This document shows positions 51,993-59,110 of a DNA stretch of 64,000 bases, piece after piece. The stretch comes from Dehalococcoidia bacterium (GTDB lineage Bacteria > Chloroflexota > Dehalococcoidia > Bin125): positions 13,340 to 77,339 of the forward strand of contig CAXXNO010000002.1 of assembly GCA_963663235.2 (NCBI GenBank). The letters run 5' to 3'. The position numbers and the translations under genes are program-made. The first letter of the stretch is position 1. Every line of letters starts with the position of its first letter. The notes under the pieces are model-generated. The model ran no database searches and was not told the origin of the DNA. It worked only from the letters and a program-made list of their open reading frames with translations.

Positions 51993-52070
51993 ATGGCTCG
52001 ACGGGGACACGGCGAAGGGAGTCTCTACCAGCGAATCGCAGAGGCATTCGACAGGCTGGCAAGCGGCCAG
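51993..52070 (+). pseudogene. Tyrosine integrase remnant (N-terminal arm joined to a C-terminal-like tail)
   Basis: AAGGAG SD then MARRGHGEGSLYQR (typical integrase N-terminus), immediately followed by IAEAFDRLA; catalytic core absent. Confidence 0.7.
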
Positions 52071-52176
52071 CAAACAACCTCATTGGCGCGCTCCATCGCA
52101 CTGGACCTAACATGTCGGGCGCTACGAGAATTGGGCGCAGCGCAACCCCGAGTCACATGCAGCAAAGGAGGTCCAG

Positions 52177-52560
52177 ATGCCCAACACCCGAGAGGCCATC
52201 TCGGCGGCCAACGGAGCCCTCGCCGAGGCAATCCGTATGGGTGATGCCACCGGCTGCGCCGCCACCTACACCGCTGACGCTCGTGTCATGTTCCAGCACA
52301 CGCCTACCGCCGTCGGCCGCGATGCGATTCAGACCTTCTGGCAAGGCGTCATCGACATGGGCGCCAAGGATGCCCGCCTTGAAACCGACGAGCTCCTTGA
52401 CTTCGGTGACACGCAGGTTGAGCGAGGCCGGTACACCCTCGCAGTGCGTTCCGATGATGGTGAGGTGACAGACGAAGGGAAGTACATCGTCGTTTGGAAA
52501 CGGGATGGCGATGCCTGGAAGATTTGGTGGGACAGCTTCAATAGCGACCTTCCTGCGTAA
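52177..52560 (+). CDS. SnoaL/NTF2-like (DUF4440/YybH-like) protein
   Basis: AAAGGAGG SD; GDA...A..YT.DA, GRDAI..FW, GKYIVVWKR..DAWKI. Confidence 0.88.
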   Translation: MPNTREAISAANGALAEAIRMGDATGCAATYTADARVMFQHTPTAVGRDAIQTFWQGVIDMGAKDARLETDELLDFGDTQVERGRYTLAVRSDDGEVTDEGKYIVVWKRDGDAWKIWWDSFNSDLPA

Positions 52561-52619
52561 CAGGCCCCTGGGACCATGTTCTTCGGTGAACGGTCTCGAC
52601 GCGAAGGGGATGGGAACAA

Positions 52620-52729
52620 GGGTGGCGCACGGAACATTCGCAGGGCCGATGGACGTCTACACCTACTGCGTCCAGGGCGGCGACCAGCGAATTGCGGACG
52701 CCTTTGACAGCTTGGCGAAAGATGGCTAA
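52620..52729 (+). pseudogene. Second tyrosine integrase C-terminal remnant
   Basis: AHGTFAGPMDVYTYCVQGGDQRIADAFDSLAKDG* resembles the box II/catalytic Tyr tail; 27/34 nt match to 52027-52060. Confidence 0.55.
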
Positions 52730-52855
52730 TTGAGGCTTGTCATCGGCCAATGATGAGTGCCGAGCTCGCGCGGGTGCGCTCCACGCTGCGATGATCTGCC
52801 GGTAGCAACGGTTCGTCTCCGGCCTTGAGATTCGGGTACATCTCGCTGCACCATG

Positions 52856-52906
52856 GCGCGAGGCGCCCGCGGCGTCGGCGCGTGGTCTAGGGCGGTGGGG
52901 CCCCGC
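52856..52906. repeat. 51-bp direct repeat copy 1 flanking the beta-helix gene
   Basis: 49/51 identical to 54462-54512. Confidence 0.9.
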
Positions 52907-53086
52907 TGGAGAAATTCCTCCACGCTTGGCAACGGGACCGTGGCGTCGGCCGGCGGCCGGCGGCCGGCGTCCCGAGTGAGCCTTGCTGGGCTGGCCTGCG
53001 CGCAATACGCTGCATCGCCTCTCGATTGGGAGAGGCGGCATCGCCGTTGCGCGGCGAAGCGTGTGCGGCCGAGAAAGTAGGGAGCG

Positions 53087-54439
53087 ATGCGAAGGCTGAC
53101 GGTCCTGGCGACGCTGGCGCTGGTGGCCGGCGCGCTGCTGGTGCTGGAGGGCGGGGACGAGGCGGTTGCGGGTCACGTGGGCTGCGGCGACACGCTGACC
53201 AGCAGCACGACGCTGCGCGCCGACCTGGTGTGCGCCGGCACGGCGCTCACCATCGGCGCGGACGACATCACCTTGGACTGCCGGGGGCACAGCCTCACGG
53301 GCGACGGCACGGGCACCGGTGTCTTGTTGGACGGCCGGACCGGCGTCACGGTCAAGAACTGCGCCGCGACCGGCTTCAGGTTCGGCTTCCATCTGTCCGG
53401 GTCCGATGAGAACACCTTGGAGCGGAACGAGGCGCGCGGCAACCTGTGGGGCTTCGATCTCGTTGCGGCCTCCGACGGCAATACCCTGAAACGCAACGAG
53501 GCCCGCGACAACGTTGGTCTCGGCGGCGGTGTCGGCTTCAACGTTGACAGCTCCGATGACAACACACTGGAAAAGAACACGGCGAGGGAGAACGGCTTTG
53601 CAGGCTTCCGGCTCTTTGAGGCCGACGACAACACCCTGGAACGGAACGAGGCCACGGAGAACGGCGAGAGAGGCTTTCAGATTGGCGCATCCGACGACAA
53701 CACCCTGGAACGGAACGAGGCCAGGGAGAACGGCGAGCTTGGCTTCATTCTCGCCTTCTCCAGCCGGAACACCCTGAAGCGGAACGAGGCACGCGGCAAC
53801 GACGGGGCCGGCTTCGTTGTCTTCTCCTCGGACGACAACGCTCTGGTCAAGAACAAGTCCAAGGAGAACAGCTCCGACGGCTTTCGTCTCTCTTTTAGCG
53901 ATGCCAACACCCTGGAGCGGAACGAGGCGCGCGGCAACGACGGGGCCGGCTTCAATCTCGTCTTCTCGAACGACAACGTTCTGGTCAAGAACAAAGCCAA
54001 GGAGAACGGCACGGATGGCTTCTTTCTGCGCCGCGCCGACCGGAACACCTTGGAGCGGAACGAGGCGCGCGGCAACGGCGGGCACGGCTTCGTCCTCGAT
54101 GACAGTGCGGACCTCAACGTCCTAGTCAAGAACGAGGCCACGAAGAACGTCTTGGCGGGCTTCAGGCTTGAGGACTCCGGAGACAACACGCTGGAGAAGA
54201 ACACGGCCGAGGAGAACGGCGGAGACGGGTTCAAGACCGGGGGGACCTCAAGCCTCAACACCTTCACCGAGAACAAGGCCGAGGAGAACGATGGCTTCGG
54301 CTACGCGGACAGCACCACGGATAGCGGAACGGCCGGGACGGCCAACACCTACATCGACAACACCTGCGAGGATAACGAGGCTGGACCGTCGGACCCGCTC
54401 GGCCTGTGCGATGACGACGACGACGATGATGACGACTAG
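53087..54439 (+). CDS. Secreted right-handed parallel beta-helix (NosD/CASH-like) protein with poly-Asp tail
   Basis: Signal peptide; CGDTL...LDCRGH N-cap; many ~22-aa GF.L..SD.NTL..NEA..N repeats; ends in a run of Asp. Confidence 0.88.
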   Translation: MRRLTVLATLALVAGALLVLEGGDEAVAGHVGCGDTLTSSTTLRADLVCAGTALTIGADDITLDCRGHSLTGDGTGTGVLLDGRTGVTVKNCAATGFRFGFHLSGSDENTLERNEARGNLWGFDLVAASDGNTLKRNEARDNVGLGGGVGFNVDSSDDNTLEKNTARENGFAGFRLFEADDNTLERNEATENGERGFQIGASDDNTLERNEARENGELGFILAFSSRNTLKRNEARGNDGAGFVVFSSDDNALVKNKSKENSSDGFRLSFSDANTLERNEARGNDGAGFNLVFSNDNVLVKNKAKENGTDGFFLRRADRNTLERNEARGNGGHGFVLDDSADLNVLVKNEATKNVLAGFRLEDSGDNTLEKNTAEENGGDGFKTGGTSSLNTFTENKAEENDGFGYADSTTDSGTAGTANTYIDNTCEDNEAGPSDPLGLCDDDDDDDDD

Positions 54440-54461
54440 GGCGTGAACGGCCCGACGGGTT

Positions 54462-54512
54462 GCGCGAGGCACCCGCGGCGTCGGCGCGTGGTCTAGTGCG
54501 GTGGGGCCCCGC
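54462..54512. repeat. 51-bp direct repeat copy 2
   Basis: Matches 52856-52906. Confidence 0.9.
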
Positions 54513-54582
54513 GCATCGCTGCCTTAGAAGCCGAACCGCCCTATCGGGTCACCGCCAGCACAGCGGCAGGGGCTCGCCCGTC

Positions 54583-54601
54583 TGTCGCCAACCGTAGCCA
54601 A
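54583..54601 (+). other. Putative integrase arm-type sites (right)
   Basis: TGTCGCCAA (54583-91) and CGTAGCCAA (54593-601), same motif as the left pair. Confidence 0.6.
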
Positions 54602-54668
54602 CGTGTGGCGGGGCTCAGTCTGAGCGGTACGACGGCTCAGTGCCGGAAACCCCTACAAAACTAGGCCC

Positions 54669-54741
54669 CTATACCGTGAGCGCTTTTTCCAGAGGAGCCA
54701 ACTGCTCCTCGGTGGGCTCCGCTCAGCAGAACCACGCTTCC
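54669..54741. repeat. att-like direct repeat copy 2 (current 3' end of the radical SAM gene)
   Basis: 71/73 identical to 51840-51912; both differences are synonymous. Confidence 0.93.
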
Positions 54742-56093
54742 GTGAGGCCGGGCACGACGCCGGCGGGCTGTGGCGCGACACCCACCGGCGCGTCCAGGCC
54801 GGTCAGGGCCTGCATCGCCGCCCGCTTCACCTCCGCGAAGACGGCGACGTTGTCGCGCTCATCGCGGCGCGCCGCCGCCTCCACGATGCCCGTCACTTCG
54901 CGCTGGAGCGTCGCGACGCGCGGGTCGGGATTCGTCCAGGTGTAGGTCAGACCCGCCGCGTCATAAGGGCCCAACCGACCCTGCTCGCGCAGCGCCTCCA
55001 CCAGCGGCGATCCCGGCGGCAGCAGCAGCCTGAGCGCAAGTTGTACCGGCTGGACGTTCGCCACCAGCCCGTGGGTCTCGATGAACTCCAGGATCTCGAC
55101 GAAGCCGCGCACGTCCGTCCAGGGCATGAAGGGCAGCCAGGTCGGCCGAATCGCCAACCCAACGTCGTGCGCCAGGTCCAGGGCCCGCTCCATATCGGCG
55201 CGGGTGTGCCCCTTGTCCAGCAGCCGCAGCGTCTCGTCGTCGCACGACTCGAACGCCGAGGTGAGGAACAGCCCGCCGCTCTCGCGTAGCCGCGGCAGCG
55301 CCTGGGCGTGCTCGATCAGGTGCTCGACCTTGATCGTGGCATCGAAGGTCAGGTCCGGATACAGCCGGTGCATCTCCTCGACGATCCCCAACGATAGCGG
55401 CACCGCGTTGAAGAAGTCCGGATCGCCGAAGGTGATATGCCGCGCCCCCATCTGGACCAGTTGATCAACGTCGGCCAGCACGGTCTGCGAGCGCGCCAGG
55501 CGCAGGCGACCCTCGTACACCGGCGTGATGGGGCAGTGGCGGCAGCGGTGCGCGCAGCCCCGGCTCGCCTCCACGTAGCCCACGAGGCGCTGCTCCGCGC
55601 CCAGGTCGAGGCGGGCATAGTCGCAGAGCGGCGGCAGACCGCTGCGATCCGGCATCGGCAGCGCCTCCCGTTCGAACGCCGGCGCCGCCCCGACGCCCGT
55701 CGGCGGCTGGGGGCAGGCGGAGCCTGCGGCCAGCGCTCCCGCCAAGCGGCGCAGCCCCGGCTCGTACTCCCCACCCACCACGGAATCGGCGATCCCACCC
55801 GCCGTGAGGGAATCGTGCAGCAGGGACGCGTACAGCCCGTAGAAGCAGATGTGCGCGTCCGGGTTGATGCGCCGCACCTTCTCCGCCAGCGCGATCCCCA
55901 GCCGCGCGGCCGTGTGCATGGGGACGGAGATGCCGATCAGCTCCGCCTCGTTGAAGGCGGCGGACTCCGGGCTCTCGATAGCCAGGTCCAGGCAGTGGAC
56001 CGCGTGCCCCGCGCGGCGCAGCACGGCCGCGGGTGAGGCGAGGCCCAAGGGCTGATGACCCAACTCGTAAGTCGAGACGAGGAGGATGCGCAT
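54669..56093 (-). CDS. CUAEP-tail B12-binding/radical SAM selenoprotein (Sec at TGA 54723-54725), 474 aa
   Basis: B12-binding-like N-terminus (QPLGLA), RGCAHRCRHC CxxxCxxC, tail WFC-U-AEPTEEQL..., SECIS-like hairpin, selA in the same window. Confidence 0.9.
54692..54710 (-). promoter_or_regulatory. Bacterial SECIS-like hairpin
   Basis: mRNA GAGGAGC-AGUUG-GCUCCUC; apical loop starts 19 nt after the UGA and has GU at loop positions 2-3. Confidence 0.75.
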
Positions 56094-56113
56094 CGGCGAG
56101 GGCGCGCCGCCGC

Positions 56114-56728
56114 CTACTTGGCGGCGCCGCCGCCGTCTTTCGCGGGCGTGAAGTAGGGATTGCTGCCGGACTCGTGGTCGGTGGTGTCGACCACGCGCTC
56201 GATCTCCGGGACCATCTCCTGGATCGCGACCTCGATCCCCTGCTTGAGCGTGACGTTGGCCATGCCGCAGCCCTGGCAGCCGCCGCCCATCTGGATGTAG
56301 GCCACACGCTCCTGCACATTCAGCAGGCTCACGTAGCCGCCGTGCGCGGCGATCTGCGGGTTGATATGGCTATCGAAGAGGTCCTGCAACTTCTGGGCGA
56401 GGGGGTCGAGCCAGGTGGGGTTGGGGTTATGGAACTCCAGGCCGCTGACGTCCGATCCCTTGTCTTCGTAATGGACGGAGACGCCGTCCAGGTAGGCGAC
56501 GTTCGATCTCTCCACGAAGACGGTGAGCCCGTCGACTTCCACCACCACATCACCGTCCGGCTCGGCTCCTTCTTCAACGAGTGTGAGGACGTGCTCCAGC
56601 CCCTCCGGCCCGCGCCCGGTAATCTTGAGGCGCAGCCCGACGACGGGCTCGGGATAGCTGGCGATCAACTCGCTGAGCTTCGCCTTCGCGGCCTCCGTCA
56701 AGTCGATGCGTGGGGCGTCGGTGCTCAT
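56114..56728 (-). CDS. nfuA: Fe-S biogenesis protein NfuA
   Basis: Degenerate A-type N-domain plus NifU-C INPQIAAHGG, GGGCQGC, DTTDH..G.NPY. Confidence 0.92.
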   Translation of the reverse strand: MSTDAPRIDLTEAAKAKLSELIASYPEPVVGLRLKITGRGPEGLEHVLTLVEEGAEPDGDVVVEVDGLTVFVERSNVAYLDGVSVHYEDKGSDVSGLEFHNPNPTWLDPLAQKLQDLFDSHINPQIAAHGGYVSLLNVQERVAYIQMGGGCQGCGMANVTLKQGIEVAIQEMVPEIERVVDTTDHESGSNPYFTPAKDGGGAAK

Positions 56729-56922
56729 GCGTCGTTTCCTTCCCCAGAGCCGGACCGCCGCGCGGCGAGCGCTGCCTGCCAACTCTGGCTCCATACTAAA
56801 CCACCAGGTCGATCAACCCCAGCATACGCGGCCACTTGTGCTCGGGCGGCCATCAGGACACCGGCCGGGCCCGCTTCCAGCGTCGCCGTTATCATAGAGA
56901 CCTCCAGAGAGGGCCCCGCTCG

Positions 56923-57330
56923 ATGCCGGATCCGGAAGAAGGGGCGCTGGCAGCCTTCGCCGCCGAAGCCCTGCACCCTCACTCCTGGTCGAACGGGCCC
57001 GGCGCTCGCTACGGCCGGCACGCCCACCCGTACCACAAGGTGCTGATCTGCGTGAGAGGCGCCATCACCTTCCACACGCCAGATGGGGACCGCAGCCTGC
57101 GGCCCAGCGACCGTCTGGACCTGCCGCCGGGCGTGGCGCACGCCGCCACCGTCGGGCCCGACGGGGTCCGCTGCCTCGAAGCCGACCGGCTGAGCGGCCG
57201 CCGCGCCGCGGCGTTAGACGCCGTGGAGTTCGCGGAGCGCGAGTTATTGAGGAACGCTATACGCGCTTCGCCCGCATTTTCCTTCCGACTGTGGATACTT
57301 TGGTTTACATGGCCCCCGACGCAACGGTAG
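56923..57330 (+). CDS. Cupin-domain protein
   Basis: WSNGPG..Y..HAHPYHKVL...G.I.F, L.P.DRL.LPPGVAH.A.VGP.GV.CLE; 3' end uncertain. Confidence 0.8.
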   Translation: MPDPEEGALAAFAAEALHPHSWSNGPGARYGRHAHPYHKVLICVRGAITFHTPDGDRSLRPSDRLDLPPGVAHAATVGPDGVRCLEADRLSGRRAAALDAVEFAERELLRNAIRASPAFSFRLWILWFTWPPTQR

Positions 57331-57394
57331 TATCCGCGGGCCGACCCACAACACGCGAAAACTGCAACACGCAGCCACATCCTTGGAGGATGCC

Positions 57395-58228
57395 ATGGTG
57401 CAGGCTCTTCGGTCACGAAACGGCCCGACCCAGGCGCAGCTCGACTACGACTGCGCCGCGGCCTTCTACGACGAGACGCGCAACGCCAGCCCCGCGCTGG
57501 TGGAGGCGATTCTGGAGCAGCTGGGCCCCGCCGCCGGGCGCAGCCTCCTGGAGGTCGGCTGCGGTACTGGCAACTACTCCCGGGCCTTCGCGGACGCGGG
57601 ATTTCGCGTTGTCGGCATCGACACCTCCGCCGAGATGCTCGGCCGGGCGGCCCAGAAGATTCCCGGCCGCATGGGCGTCGCCGTCGCCCGTCACCTCCCC
57701 TTCCCCAACCGCTCGTTCGACTGTGTGGTCACGGTGAACGTCTATCACCACCTGCCCTATCCGTTCGCCGCCTTCCGGGAATTCCAGCGGGTCAGTCGCG
57801 ACTGCTCGGTCCATTACCTGACCGCCGGCGAGCAATTCCGCACGCACTGGGCCCTGCACTACTTCCCCCGGGAGCGGCTCTCCTTGCCGGGCGAGCATCC
57901 GACGCAAGCGCAGCTCATCAGCCTGATGCAGGGGGCGGGCTTCCCCGAGGCCGCCGCCGTCCGCTTTGACTACACCGACATGGCGGATGCTTCCTTCATG
58001 GCCCTGCGCCACGCCCCCGATCGGCTCGTGGATTCCCAGCACCGCCTGGGGATCTCGTGCTATCGGCGCCTGTCGGCGGCCGAGCACGCCGCCGGCGAGA
58101 GCGCGCTGGCGGCCGACCTCGCCTCCGGCCGGTTCGATGCGATCCGCTACCGCTACGACGCCGCCTGGAGCAACGTTGGGGACGGGACGATCCTTGTGGG
58201 CCGGCTGAACGGGAACGGCGCTCACTAG
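57395..58228 (+). CDS. Class I SAM-dependent methyltransferase
   Basis: LLEVGCGTG, GIDTS.EML, LPF...SFD, HHL; GGAGG SD. Confidence 0.88.
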   Translation: MVQALRSRNGPTQAQLDYDCAAAFYDETRNASPALVEAILEQLGPAAGRSLLEVGCGTGNYSRAFADAGFRVVGIDTSAEMLGRAAQKIPGRMGVAVARHLPFPNRSFDCVVTVNVYHHLPYPFAAFREFQRVSRDCSVHYLTAGEQFRTHWALHYFPRERLSLPGEHPTQAQLISLMQGAGFPEAAAVRFDYTDMADASFMALRHAPDRLVDSQHRLGISCYRRLSAAEHAAGESALAADLASGRFDAIRYRYDAAWSNVGDGTILVGRLNGNGAH

Positions 58229-58367
58229 GCGGTACGCACCCGCCGCGAGGCTGCGGAGCCCCGCTCAAGTCACACCTGCCCGGCCACCCTCATCGCATCA
58301 TCGCAGAGGGGCTTACGCCCGCAGCCCTCAGCGGCGGGCCTCAGAGCGGGCAGTGGCCGACCCGGCT

Positions 58368-58970
58368 CTAGTTGACGGTGAAGTCCTTGCTCTCATCGAA
58401 GAGCGAGAAGTGGGAGTTCTGGTTGCAGGTAAGGACGTAATTCCCCGCACCGAGCGCCACCACCAAGGTGGCGGTCTCACCCACCGGAATCTGCTCTACC
58501 TGGGCGACGACGGTTATTTCCGGCGCATCCAGCTTGACGAACATCCCGACGATCGGGAGGTCGCGGAAGTCCAGATCCGTGCGGATAACGATGAAATCGT
58601 GCGCGAACGGCCCGTCGTTGCGGATGGTGAAAGTGATCTCGCCTGCGTCGACTTCGTCCTTGTCCACCTCAATATCGAAATCAGCGTCGTCCTGGACCTG
58701 GACCACGTTGACCGCGGACGGCCCGGCGTCGGCGGGGGGCTCCGACACGGCCGGTGCCAGAGGCGGTTCGTCTTCTTGGACCTGCGCCTGCGGCTCGTCC
58801 GTGGCTGCGGGGGTCTGCGCCGCCGCGGGCTCCGCGTCGCCGTCGTCGGAATCGCTGCAGCCGACCAGGGCCAAGCCGGCGGCGCCGAGTCCGAACGTCG
58901 CGCTCAGCGTCAGCATCCGCCGGCGCGTCAGGCGCCGGTCCCGCACGTGGTTCACGCTGTGATTGCTCAT
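58368..58970 (-). CDS. Tat-exported cupredoxin-like lipoprotein
   Basis: LTRRRML twin-Arg signal, LVGC lipobox, AGEITF.IRN...HDF, GNYVLTCN..SH; AGGAGG SD. Confidence 0.8.
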   Translation of the reverse strand: MSNHSVNHVRDRRLTRRRMLTLSATFGLGAAGLALVGCSDSDDGDAEPAAAQTPAATDEPQAQVQEDEPPLAPAVSEPPADAGPSAVNVVQVQDDADFDIEVDKDEVDAGEITFTIRNDGPFAHDFIVIRTDLDFRDLPIVGMFVKLDAPEITVVAQVEQIPVGETATLVVALGAGNYVLTCNQNSHFSLFDESKDFTVN

Positions 58971-59110
58971 GGGTCCTCCTCCTGACTCAGTGAGCGTGGA
59001 CCCACGACCGCGACAGCCAGGATAGGTCCACGCCGCTACCCGAATTGGACCATGCCGGCGGGTGCCCAGGCAAGCGCACACCAAGGGTCCGGGTCCGCAG
59101 CCCCCGCGGC

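Larger units (their letters stand above)
51840..54741. mobile_element. Degenerate integrative element (2829 bp plus att) inserted in the radical SAM gene 3' end
   Basis: 73-bp terminal direct repeats, integrase remnants, paired (T/C)GT(A/C)GCCAA repeats near both ends, cargo genes, visibly lower GC in the left part. Confidence 0.85.

Noticed and set aside
51840-52113. Left repeat copy as part of a second small selenoprotein gene
   Set aside because: Similarity to the radical SAM gene stops abruptly at 51912 and no credible start/SD was seen in that frame; better explained as a displaced att fragment
53400-54300. Regularly spaced DNA repeats resembling a CRISPR array
   Set aside because: They are in-frame coding repeats of the beta-helix protein; the 'spacers' are homologous to each other and no cas genes are present
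57220-57390. Lower-GC stretch between the cupin and methyltransferase genes as ncRNA or riboswitch
   Set aside because: No recognisable conserved RNA motif; more likely promoter sequence overlapping a cupin C-terminal extension
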